Of a DNA stretch of 64,000 nucleotides, positions 12,801 through 25,012 are shown piece by piece. Location: NCBI GenBank assembly GCA_047495785.1, contig JBLDXI010000001.1:1054001-1118000 (forward strand). Direction: 5' to 3'. The notes beneath the pieces are model-generated. The model saw nothing but the letters and a program-made list of their open reading frames with translations. It made no database searches and was not told the origin of the DNA. Each line of letters opens with the position of its first letter. The first letter of the stretch is position 1. Both the position numbers and the translations under genes were made by a program. This DNA comes from Lepidodermella squamata (Eukaryota > Animalia > Gastrotricha).

Positions 12801-13659
12801 ACTCTTGTAACAATTAAGGCAGACAATGAGGTTTAACCGTTGTTTTTGTGTTTATTCGCGAACACCAACAGTGTTCTTCCTCTTGTTATCCGAAATCATC
12901 CCACCGACTTCACTCGTCGTGCCGTTGATCGGCAAGTACCTGCTGTTCACAATGATCTTAGTCACACTCTCTATTATAGTAACGGTAAGTCGGCGAGGGT
13001 TAAAAATACCATCTCGCTCCGGGTTTGGAATGGGTCGGGGTATGAAAATTGTTCCTTTCTCTAGGTTATTGTGCTGAACGTTCACTTCCGCAACACTGCC
13101 ACCCATAACATGGCGCCGTGGGTGAAAAAAGTCTTCCTACACATCCTACCCCGTCTACTGGTGATGAAGAGACCGACTCTAACGCAAGAGGCCGCTGAGA
13201 TTCGCGCCGCAGCTGACCGCGGCCGCTCAAATTCACAGGCTCACGTCGAGGCGACAGGAGCTTTCCTCGACGACGACAGGCTTTCCGTCGACAGTTTACT
13301 AGCCGATGAAGATGATAACGGCTTCTCCGATCAATTACCTTCTTACGGCCCGGAGCATTACAGCCCCGAGGCCGTGAAGGCAATGGAAGGAGTTCAGTAC
13401 ATCGCAAATCATCTAAAGCGGGAAACTGAAGCTGTTAATGTGAGTTGATGCATTTTTCAGAGGAGTTGAAAAGACTTTTCTGGTATGTTTTTAGACAAAA
13501 GAAGATTGGAAATACGTAGCAATGGTGTTGGACCGGTTGTTTTTGTGCATCTTCACTACAGCTTGCTGCGTAGGAACATTCGGTATCATTCTCCAAGCGC
13601 CGTCGTTATACGACCTCAGAAAACCACTTGCCATAGCGACGCTGGAGCAGGAATACTAA
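9891..13659 (+). CDS. Nicotinic acetylcholine receptor alpha subunit; exons 9891-10136, 10198-10242, [cassette A 10334-10403+10466-10492+10560-10572 OR cassette B 10743-10839+10901-10913], 11954-12081, 12146-12296, 12361-12513, 12668-12756, 12872-12984, 13065-13439, 13495-13659
   Basis: [14 protein letters not shown]; [12 protein letters not shown]; WxPDIVLYNNADG; Cys-loop [15 protein letters not shown]; loop B GSWTY; loop C YPCC (alpha type); TM1-3 including the cation-selective GEK; [17 protein letters not shown]4. Splice phases are consistent. Confidence 0.95.
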
Positions 13660-14129
13660 TGCTATTTGTATTTCGACTTCAATTCTTCACCTGTCCCCGA
13701 TGATAATGCATTGCGACGGCAACAGGCGCCATCACGAGCGGGCCTTGTTTTTGATATCAAATATAGCTAATAATTCGATCGAGCTATCTACTTCTTCTCA
13801 TTGCTATTTCAATTTGAAAATTTATTAGTCAACAAATTGTTGGAAATTTTTTATCTACACTTCATCGATGAAGCCTAATAGTTACATTTACTATAGCTTT
13901 GTCGTAATAAAAAGCAGTTTCTCAACTATGCTTTCAATCCTATGAGAAGTCGAACTATCGTTTTTGTTTAAATTCGAATTCAAACGTGAAGCAGATTCCA
14001 CGGGACGCAAGAGGCCATCATCTTAAACTGGCGATAGTACCTATAGACTCAATCACCGTCTCCCTCCTTCATATCTGTTGCTGTAAAGAGAGCAGAAGAA
14101 TATTCGAAGTTGCTTCGATGATGACGTAG

Positions 14130-15283
14130 TCAAAAATTTGTCATTGGGTAGAACTGGCTCAGTTCTGAGCAATTGATTTGAACTGGTTGTCGATAAGTCC
14201 GTTCGTTATATTTGTAAGCCCAATATTCATACCACTCTTCGCGGTGATTCCAGTCAGATTCTGAACACAGAGAAATGTCTACATCGTTCCAGAAAAGCTG
14301 AAGTACTTACCCAAGCAAATGTTCAGATCGAAAACCCTTGTGAGGTAATTGTAGTAGTCAAAGGGAATATTCACCTCAACGCCTTCAAACAGTGTCCTGC
14401 GCAAAGGAATAACCGTATCGAGAGAATGCTGATTTAAGAAACATGGTTATGAACTATCATGACGCTTGTTATATAAGTTGATTACTTTTACGCCGTGGAC
14501 TTCTGGATCTTCAATCAGGAGATCTGCTAGATTATGATCGGGGTCATTAGGATCATATATAGCGCCTTCTCCGGCCGAGCGTGAATGCAAGATCATAACG
14601 AATATGTCAAGGAAAGGCCATCTCCATTCTATCCCTAGTCGATCAATGAAAATGGACAAAGATTCGGCGGTAGAAAAGCATTTGAGCTTGTAACTTTTTT
14701 CCGTCGCTATTCCGATTTGCCCATATTTGTCAACAAAATCTTGAGCTGCCGATGCTAAAATAAGGCGCTCAGCATACTTTTCAACATCCCTGCCCAGTTC
14801 AGGATCGCTCGGAATGATCGCCACGTCAATATCATCATCCCACGGAATCATTGATTTGTTGTGACGATACCAGCCGATCAGCGTGCCGGAGTGGATGTAG
14901 TGAATGATCCCTGCTCTATCGAGGAGCTCTTCACAAGCTCGTAGGCAAAACGCATACCATTCATGTTCTGTTCGATTAAGGACATCAGGAAAGTGCTCCT
15001 CAACGAAAGTAGAGCTAACACCGGCGATTTGCTCATTCTGTACCGACGGCATTACTCCCAGATCGATATTTTCCTTATTTGGCACCGAATAATTCCACAA
15101 AATCAATCCCAAAGTGATGTCTCCTGATTCCTCCATTTTTTTAATTGACACATAATTGACAAGCAAAAATTGCGATAAGACGAATGCAATAACGAACAGA
15201 GGCAAGAGAAACTGTTCAAGCCGAATATTTTTTAATGAAAGAGGCATTTTATTTTTGCGACTGGACCGGGAATTTCGTTCCAT
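14130..15283 (-). CDS. LicD-family type II membrane phosphotransferase, copy 1 (exons 15283-14486, 14428-14311, 14260-14130; start could be 15247)
   Basis: N-terminal TM; GTLIGWYRH..IPWDDDID; WRWPFLDIF; FEGVEVNIP; WNHREE; ends YPMTNF*. Confidence 0.88.
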
Positions 15284-15844
15284 GAGCATGTGAACACCGC
15301 ACAGCGAACAGCTGAGCAAACTTACGGAATATTCACTACGCTAACACTTCTCAGCTCAGCTCTGTCGGCTGGAAAACAGTTCATATGCCGTCTATATCCT
15401 CTGGCTTTTCGGTGTGATGACTAATCACGAAACCTAGTCTGCGGCCTTAACTATTTTAGCCTGTAACTAGCAATAATGGACCCGCAAATTTCTTGGTTCC
15501 GGATTCTGGCTAGAGAGCATGATAATGATTTCGAACAGTAGGTTGCATGAGATAAGTGAAAATTCACTTCCGATAAAGATCAACAGTTCAGATCAGTAGA
15601 AACTTTATTACTCATTCAAACTACGAACCGTGGTTTAACCCGTGATTGATATCACTCTGTTTACTTGTAGAGCAAGATAATTTACCCGGTTTATCATGGT
15701 TTTGAGAAAAATCATGGTCCTTCAACGGTATTAAAGAGACTGGTGTATAGCATTTATCTGCAATAATTCTGACGATAACTAATTAAAATCGGGAGTAGCA
15801 TTATTCTAGTCTAAAATCGCAGTCAAAATCGTTTTTAAAAACAC

Positions 15845-16181
15845 TGTGAAACCACTTAAAAGTCCACCCCTGACGCGCACGCCTATTGGTCCATCGATCG
15901 TTGCTATGACTCCTGCTATGACTGAAACGTTCAGTCGTGCGATCCATAAAAATTTTTGCAACTAGTTTTTTTTGCCGCAGTAATTTGCCACGATTAATAT
16001 GGAGTTTGCGATCGTGGTCAATGGAAACCGTGCAGAGGGTGTGGCAAGGTCATTTTTTACATAAGTAAAAAATAATTTAATAGTGGACCGCACGACGGAA
16101 ATGTTTCATCCGGGAGTCATAGCAACGATCGATGGACCAATCAGCGTGCGCGCCAAAGTTCAACTTTTTAGTGGTTTCACA
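15845..16181. mobile_element. MITE/foldback-like element with about 100 bp imperfect terminal inverted repeats
   Basis: 15845-15946 is the imperfect reverse complement of 16084-16181 (shared core ATTGGTCCATCGATCGTTGCTATGACTCC). No coding capacity and no clear TSD. Confidence 0.7.
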
Positions 16182-16571
16182 ATGACCACGAGAAAATTGC
16201 GCAACATGAAATACAATTTGCGTCAGTTCTAAATAGCATATGAAAATGTAGTGTCCAAATTTCTTCCGTCCAAATGTAGAGGTTTCTTAACCTATTTCTT
16301 AAAATTCAAGGTTGGCTCCGAAATTCCTCAAAATTTACCTGTTGATCCAGAATCTTCGCCCCGAGGTTTCGCATTTTTGTCCATATTTTTCAGACGAAAG
16401 GTTAATTTTCAAAAATAAAAAAACGTGTTTTATCCAAAGTTAGAGTTAGTTACGGTATGTTATATTTAAAAGCGAATAAATTTTTCACTATAAAATATAT
16501 TCTATTTGAGCTAGCTTTCAAGATGTATAAGCATAAGAAGGATGTTCGAAGTTGCAACGATGGTGACGTAA

Positions 16572-17717
16572 TCAAACATTTGTCATAGGGTAGAACTTTC
16601 TCAGTTCTGAGCAGTTGATTCGAACTGGATGTCGAAAAGTCCTTTTGTCTTTTCCGCTATACCAATATTCATACCGCTCTTCGCGATGATTCCAGGTGGA
16701 TTCTAGAAACAGAAAATTGTCGATATCGTTCAAGAAAAGCAGAAAACGTACCCATACAAATTTTCATGTCAAAAACCGTCGTGATGTAATTGTGGTAGTC
16801 AAAGGGAATATTCACCTCAACGCCCTCGAACAAAGTCCTACGCAAAGGACTAACCATATCGAGGGGAAGCTGATTAAAGAGGCGTTATTATAAACTATTA
16901 TGAAGCATAGTGAATAGAAAAGTACTTTTACGCCGGGGACGTCTGGATCTTCAATCAGGAGATCTGCTAGATTTTCATCCGGGCCTTTGGGATTATACGT
17001 AGCCCCTTTTCCTGCTGAGCGTGAATGCAAGATCATGACGAATATGTCTAGGAAAGGCCATCTCCATCTTATATCTTTTCTTTCAATGAAAAGTGACAAC
17101 GATTCGTCGGTAGAAAAACATTTGAGCTTGTAACCATCTTGCGTCGCAATTCCGATTTGCCCATATTTGTCAACATAATCTTGCGCTGCCGATGCTAAAA
17201 TAAGACGCTCAGCATACTTTTCTACATCGCTTCCCAGTTCAGGATCGCTCGGAATGATCGCCACGTCAATATCATCATCCCAAGGAATCATTGATTTGTT
17301 GTGACGATACCAGCCGATCAGCGTACCAGCGTGGATGTAGTGAATAATCCCGGCTCTATCGAGGAGCTCTTCACAAGCTCGTAGGCAAAACGCATACCAT
17401 TCATGTTCTGTCCGATTAAGGATATCAGGGAAGTGCTCCTCAACGAAAGTAGAGTTCGCACTATGCTCATTCTGCACAGACGCTATTACTCCCAGATCGA
17501 TATGTTCCTTATTTGGCACAGAGTCATTCCACAGCGTGAAGCCCAAATTGACGTCACCAAATTTCAGGATTTTTCGAAGTGAAACATAATTGACACACAA
17601 GTATTGCGATAAGACGAATGCAATAATGAACAGAGACAAGAGAAACTGTTTAAGTCGAATATTTTTTAATGAAAGAGGCATTTTATTTTGGCGACTGGAC
17701 TGTGAATTTCGTTCCAT
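16572..17717 (-). CDS. LicD-family phosphotransferase, copy 2 (3 exons)
   Basis: Close paralog of copy 1; GTLIGWYRH, IPWDDDID; ends YPMTNV*. Confidence 0.88.
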
Positions 17718-18043
17718 GAGCATGCGAACTTTGTACAGCTGAACCAACTGATAGAATATTCACTACGATTCTATGTCACCATATCTTCTCTGCTCAGCAA
17801 TGTCGCCAGGAAAAAATGTCATGTCAGTTATGTCCACTGGCTTTTCAGTGTGACGACTGACGGCTCATAGTAATTATGAATCTCGCAAATAAAATTTGTG
17901 AATTCCCTGAGCTCAAGCGAAATATATCAGATAACGATTTATTGCCACGATATAGCCAATATATTTTGGGCTGTCTTATTTTCGGCCAGATATAAGATAT
18001 AAGTATAGCTGAAAGAAATTCGAATCAGTGATAGGTGAAGTAG

Positions 18044-19117
18044 TCAAACATTTGTCATGTGGTAATATTTCTTCAGCTCTGAGCAATTGATTCCCACGGG
18101 ATCTCGATATGTCTCTCGGCGAAATTTGTTGAACCAATATCTTTCATACCGCTCTTCGCGATGATTCCAGGTAGACTCTGTGCAAAAAGTAACCCTAACT
18201 TACTCACTGGGAAAAACAGGGATAACTTACCGAAACAAATTTTCAAATCAAAAACCGTCGTGAGGTAATTGTAGTAGTCAAAGGGAATTTTCACCTCCAC
18301 GCCTTCGAACAAGGTCCTACGCAAAGGAATAACCCTATCAAGAGGATGCTGGTTCAAGAAAAGTGATTAGGCTATTGAGAAAGTTAATGTAATAAGTTAC
18401 TTTCACGCCAGGAACTTCAGGGTCTTCAATCAGGAGTTCTGCAAGATCTTGAAAGCGATCTTTCGGATCATGAATGGCTCCTTTGCCTGCTGACCTTGAA
18501 TGCAAGATCATGACGAATATGTCAAGGAAAGGCCATCTCCATCTCCATCTTATATCTCTTCTCTCAATGAAACGCGACGATGCTTCGGAAAGAGAAAAAC
18601 ACTTGAGCTTGTAACCATCTTGCGTCGCTATTCCGAATCTCCCGTATTTCCTAACGAAACTTTCCTCTGCGGCTGTTCGAGCGAGACGCTCAGCGTACTT
18701 CCTAACGTCACAGCCCAGTTCAGGATCGCTCGGAATGATAGCCACATCAATATCATCATCCCAAGGAATCATTGATTTGTTGTGACGATACCAGCCGATC
18801 AGCGTGCCGGAGTGGATGTAGTGAATGATCCCGGCTCTATCGAGGAGCTCTCCACATGCTCGTAGGCAAAACGCATACCATTCATGCTCAGTCCGATTTA
18901 GCACATCAGGGAAGTGCTCCTTAACGAATGAAGAGTTCAGGCCGGCATGTTGCTCACCCTGCACCGCTGGATTTGTTTCCAGCTCGATATTGCTTAAATC
19001 CTTCCTTATTTGGATTGACACATGACTGATAAAGAATTTTTGCGAAAGGATGAAGACAATAACAAAGAGAGGTAAAAGAAGTGTCTTAGGTCGAATATTT
19101 ATCACTAAACGAACCAT
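18044..19117 (-). CDS. LicD-family phosphotransferase, copy 3 (3 exons)
   Basis: Same motifs; RWRWRWP; ends YHMTNV*. Confidence 0.88.
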
Positions 19118-19933
19118 TTAAGTCAAGCGATTAGACGGGTGAAAACTTCGCCTCATGAGCACTGAAACGGCAAAATCCAAACAGCTGAAAAAACATACAG
19201 ATGGCAACGACAGAACGTGTGAGTCTCTCATCACTGCTCGGAAAAATCAAGTTCTCAGCAATATCGCAGATTAAACAATGGTTAAGATTATTTCTTATTC
19301 GAAGCGCGTTTATTGTTTCGACTAGAAGTCAGGCAGTCATTTTCAAGGATTAGGCTATTATGTAAATTTAGGGATCATGCCGAAAGCAGTCTACGGCAGG
19401 CCTTGGCAGGATGTGAAAGCAAGTTACAGATAACAACAGCCTCAATTCTGCTGTAAAAAAAACTGTAAAACGGTTTTGTACGTTAAATAAAGAAGCAGCG
19501 AGCGGCCCGCCTCGGAGCGCCAGTCCCGCTCCTCTCACATAGCTTTGAACGATAGCTTTGACGCGGGCAAAGGCAATCCTTGCTGTAATTTTATTCTTAA
19601 TTCTTACTATTACTGTGTACGACGTACTTTCAATGGGGTGGCTAAAGTTTCGTCTTCTTGGGAAAGAACGAAAATGTTAACTCCAAGGTTTCCTTCCCCT
19701 CGCCCAGGTCAACCAACGAAAATGAAAACCACGTAAATTAGTGTACAGGCACCAACATGGGAAAAAACGAAAATTACGGCGCATTCAATTTAAGAAGTAC
19801 ATTGAAACACAATGTACTTGTTAAACATTGTGTAACAATCATCGCTAAAGGATTATTCTATAGTTAGCCATGCAGAAATAAATGTTCCCCTTGATCTTCA
19901 GAGATCCGAACAAGCGAAGAGATACGCGGTCAC

Positions 19934-20938
19934 TCATATATTGGTGAAAGAATAATATTCGCGCAGATCCAAACATCGAATTTGAACCGGCAACCGCCCG
20001 TTACCGCCTTCATACTCCTGAAACCAATCTTCCAGCCCTTCTTCGAGGTGGTTAAAGTAGGATTCTGCGTACATAATTAAAATTGGCAGTTAAATTTCAA
20101 TAATTAAATTTCAATATAGGCGCATCGACGTACCGCTGCATATATTCAAATCGAAATGGGTAGTGAGGTATCCAAGAGGATCGAATGGAACGTTCACCTC
20201 CACACCTTCAAAAGTTGTTCTTTGCAAAGGGGCGACTAAGCGGAAACTACACTCCTTTTGTGACATCCCGAGATCTTGAATCCCAATATCTCCAACATCT
20301 ATTGCGAGATTCGAAGGATCATAAAAGACACCTTTGCCCGATGAAATAGCGTGCAAAGTCATAACAAAGATGTCAATATAAGGCCATCTCCATGTCACAC
20401 CCTCTTGTTCGACAGAAATTGACATAGATGGATTGAAAGAATAACATTTGATGCTATTATCGTTCTGTACAGCTATTCCGAATCGCCCATATCGCTCAAC
20501 AAAGTCTTTCTCAGCTGCTGCTCGAACGAGACGCTCTGCGTACTTCCAAGTATTCCAGCCCAGTTCAGGATCACTTGGAATGATAGCCACATCAATGTCG
20601 TCATCCCACGGAATCATTGATTGGTTATGGCGGTACCAGCCGATCAGTGAACCAGAAAAGATGAAATGAATGATATGCGACCTATCTAGAAGCTCTTCAC
20701 ATGCTCGTAGGCAAAACGCATACCATTCATGCTCAGTCCGATTTAGGACATCAGGGAAGTGCTCGTAAACGAAAGCTGGATTCACGATAAAATCGCTCTG
20801 AACTTGAATTGGCGTTACAGTTGTCGAGTCTGCCGGGTTGACCCCAGTTTCTTTGAAAAGTTGAATTAAGGTCACAGCTGTTATACTGAGAGGCACGAGT
20901 ATTATGAAAGAGCGGACAGATCGCAGTAGATGAAACAT
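19934..20938 (-). CDS. LicD-family phosphotransferase, copy 4 (2 exons: 20938-20134, 20064-19934)
   Basis: GSLIGWYRH, IPWDDDID; ORF reads through the usual intron-1 site into TFEGVEVNVP; last exon YFNHLEE...YSFTNI*. Confidence 0.87.
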
Positions 20939-21426
20939 CTTCCTCGCGCTAAATCGCCGTTGATACCGTGGGCACTTTATTAGAAATGGCAATGCAGCTG
21001 AACAAACGTTAAAAATCGTGCCTTATAGAAGGTGAAATACGCTCCTCTACTTACGCCTCTACTTACGTCAGAGTGCTAGACGATTAAAAAACATTGGATT
21101 ACTTTTGGGCAAAAACCACAGGGCAAATCAGCAATCGTGAGCATGAATGAACTATAACGAGCTAGTTCAGTCTTTAGGAATTTTCATTGTCCATTTCAGT
21201 GATTTGCCCATCAGCCCATCAGTTAGGTTTGGTAGTCAGCTTTTTTCACGCGTTAAAAACGTCCTCGTATCAGTCAGCTGGACTGTTCCAATTTTCCTAT
21301 TACTTCTTACGAAAGACATGATTGATGATTGTTTACTAACAGTCGTTGTTGAAAAACATAAGCGAAAGAACAATCTATAGTGCAATATTCGTTCTGCGAT
21401 TATGTACTGCAACAAAATGCCTAACG

Positions 21427-22503
21427 CTACCAAATATTTGTGAATGAGTAGTAATCCGTCAGCTCCGAACAATTGATTTCGAGCGGCCATCGGAAATTCG
21501 CTTCGTCCCAGTCTTTGTTCCAGTTTTGATAGTTTTCATGGCGGTGATTGTAACCAGATTCTATTAAAATCAGAAAATCACAGCAATCAACTTCTACCTA
21601 GCGAAAGAAACTTACCCCGACATACACACACGTCGTCGAAATAGGAATGCAGGAATCTTTCATGATCTAAAGGCACGTTGACAGCAACACCTTCGAACGT
21701 GGTTTGACAAAGCGGCATTATAGTGTTCAAAGGATGCTAAAAATCGAAACGCAAAACATGTACTGAGAAATGATTGTTTTCACGAAAAATACTTCCTGGT
21801 TTCCTGAGGTATTCGGATCCTCCAATACGAAATCTGCGATGTTTGCTGATTCTGAATATGAAGGTTCATAGAAGACATATTCGCCTGTAGAGCTCGAGTA
21901 TAGGTACAGGAAGAAAATGTCAAGGAAAGGCCATCTCCAAGCAAAATCCAGCCTGTCGACTCTCCGTGACAGTGATTCGTTGAGAGAAAAACACTTCAGC
22001 CTATCACCGTACTGTGTAGTTATGCCAATATGTCCATATTTCTCAACAAAATCGTTCTCCGCCGCTGCTAGAATGAGATGCTCAGCGTACTTTTCAGCAT
22101 CCCAGCCCAGTTCAGGATCACTCGGAATGATGGCAAAATCAACATCGTCATCCCACGGAATCATTGATTTGTTATGACGGTACCAGCCGATAATTGAGCC
22201 AGAATAGAGGAAGTGAATGATCTTCGCTCGATTGAACAGTTCGGTACATGCCCGCAGGCAAAACGCGTACCATTCATGGTCAGTACTATTGAGTAGTGGA
22301 AGGAAGTGCTCGTTGATAAATGATGAGTTAACGTTAGCCTGAAACTTCGTCGCCGAAATCGACACTTTCGGCTTACGATCGACTTCTCTTTCCCATTTGA
22401 TAGCGATCGGAATGACTGCAGCAATTTGCAATAGTGCTAGAGGTATTACCGTCAAAGATAGTATTACCAACAGAATACGAGGACTAATAGGTATCCTGGT
22501 CAT
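21427..22503 (-). CDS. LicD-family phosphotransferase, copy 5 (3 exons)
   Basis: GSIIGWYRH, IPWDDDVD; last exon YNHRHE...YSFTNIW*. Confidence 0.87.
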
Positions 22504-23663
22504 TTTTCAGTCACATGTCAGAAACTGGTTGAAATTCAGATCAGTTGTGAGACAGACATTTTCTGCTTAGCATCTGAACAAACAAACCCATCATTCAGAC
22601 GATACCTATCATATAAAATTTGCCGAATCGTATGTACTTATGTGGCTTAGCTTTTGAAGAACAAATTTCATGTTCTCAATTTCCGAATCGATTGGTAATC
22701 CAAGGCTGTGATAAGTGAGCCCTTCATCCGAGTGGCCATGGCGGCGTTAACAGTTGCTCATCGTCTCTTCATCTTCGTTATCGCATCTTCGAAACTTCGA
22801 ATAGGCGAGGGCAGATCTTATCCACCATCTGAATAAACATATTATGGCTATGACTCAAGATGATCGTAAAATCACATTGAAATCCAGCTGGTTAATTTGC
22901 ACTGGAGACATTTTCAGCTGGACAGCATCTAACAAATATTTTTGTGATTATTATCCTGAATACAACCTCCTACTCAAAGCAAAATTACAGAGCATCACGA
23001 TGATGAATGCATTCAAGCTGTATAAAACCCATGGCATTATTTGCCTATTATTGTGGAATAAAATCGGCTCTCTCAAACTTGAATAGGGGGTTGACAAGTA
23101 TTCGAAATAGGTAAGGAGTGGCGTAACGACTGCCGGAAACATCTCGCTAGCAGTCCTGTTAGAGTGGAACACCCCAACAGCATTAATGATCCGAATATGA
23201 AATTTGAGCATTTTTCATTTAACTCGAACATGAGAATGCCAGACCTATTGGTCGGCCTCGATTATTTGAGCATTCGATTGAGGTGATCGGATAGTCAATA
23301 ATGCCCAATGGATTCTGGTACTAATCGTCATTGGCAAAAATGGTTGCGGTTTGACTTGATCACTCAAAGGCCATTGTTGAACTGTTAAAAAGTGATGAAT
23401 GGAATTTTTAATGACTGATGCAAAAAAAGATTTTCACACACGTTCTCTCTCTTTTTCAGAAAAATTCTGCATTCTATTTTCTCTGAGTGCGTCAGGCGAC
23501 TCTTTCCTTTCTGGAACATTGGATATTAAATTAAATGCCAGAAATTTCCTAAGCGAGAAATAGCACTTCAGCCAAGCTATTTCAGAGCGAAACCACGGCT
23601 TTGTTAACGCAATTTTCTGCTCTAAAATGGCTCACACATTGTTTTACATTTCAGAATAGGAAA

Positions 23664-24513
23664 ATGCCATTGAGTATTTTGTTGCTTACCTTATTCTTAG
23701 CCTTCTCTCGCAGTGAGAGCATTCCTGAGCATCAGGTTTGGGCAAAAGCCAGGTTTGTAATTCGGAATATACTCAAGAATCTTTCAGGACCCAGCAAAAG
23801 CAAAAGTTACGGACAAAGTTTTCTTTGATATCTCAATTCGAAACGAGCATGTTGGAAGAATCGTTCTTGGCCTCTTCGGTGACTTGGCTCCTAAAACGGT
23901 ACTCAATTTTCGCACAATCGCAGAGGGTTCGAAATACGACGAGAAAACTGGACTTCATCTGACCTACGTCAACTCTATCTTTCATCGAATAATCAAAGAC
24001 TTTTGTTGCCAAGGAGGTGACATTGTTTCTAAAAACGGCTATGGCTCAATCACAATTTATGGCACTACGGTAAAGACTTGAAAATGCCATTGGATAGGTC
24101 CTAATTTGATTTTTTTCCAGTATCACGACGACGATCCTGCTATACTGAATCACACGCAAGGCTATCTTCTTTCAACTGCTCATCATGGTCCAAATACCAA
24201 CGGCTGTCAATTTTCAGTTTTGGCGAAATCGACACCGTGGCTTGACGGGAAACACGTTGTTTTCGGTCGCATCTTAGAAGGCTTTGACGTCTATGATAAA
24301 ATGAACAGCCTGAAAACAGGTGCGAATGATTGGCCTATTGATCCGCCTGTAATCACTGCGAGCGGCATCCTGTCTTCGGGCCCGCTTTCGATGAATGGCA
24401 TGAGATCAACGAATGTGTTACTCGGTCTAGCTGGTAGCATGTCCTTTGGTGCTATCCTAATTTGGCTGAGATCCAGCCGTATTCATCAAGCATTTGTAGA
24501 GAAAGAACTCTGA
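23664..24513 (+). CDS. Secretory-pathway cyclophilin (PPIase) with C-terminal hydrophobic anchor, NinaA-like; exons 23664-23735, 23788-24069, 24121-24513
   Basis: Signal peptide; VTDKVFFDI..GRIVLGLFG..PKTV.NF; FHRIIKDF..QGGD; GPNTNGCQF; WLDGKHVVFG; hydrophobic VLLGLAGSMSFGAILIWL near the C-terminus. Confidence 0.9.
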
Positions 24514-25012
24514 AAATAAATTCTTTAATTCGCTAAAAGGTGAGTTTATGACTTGAATGTTGCTACTTGCACTGGCACTTATTGGGCATCTTATTAGATC
24601 AGAATATCATGATTGAATCATCTCAGGAAAGAATAAGGTTTTAGTATCAGTTTCTGCTCAATGTAACCTCCTCGTACGATGCAGTCATATTGCTCAAGAT
24701 AACTACCTCTGCCTGCCTTTTTTATATCGCCCAACATTGAATGACTTGTGCCGAATGATAAGAAATGATGCAATTTTCTTGCAGCACAATAAGGATGAGC
24801 AGACCTTTCACGCCCCAGAATGTCAACAAAACCACATCAAGAGTGTCCTATTTCTCCGCTATCTGTTTCTGATTCATGTTGAAGTAATTCATATTGCGGA
24901 TTCCAGAGGTTTCTCGGGCGGTATAAAGCCGAGAGGTGAAAGGCAGCTGACAGTGTATTTTGCTTGACGACAGTTCTATCCTTCTGGCTTTCCGACCGAA
25001 CAATTCCGAAAC

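Noticed and set aside
14130-14140. Apparent premature stop in LicD copy 1 (TNF*)
   Set aside because: Copies 2, 3, 4 and 23 stop at the same position; it is the normal end for these copies.
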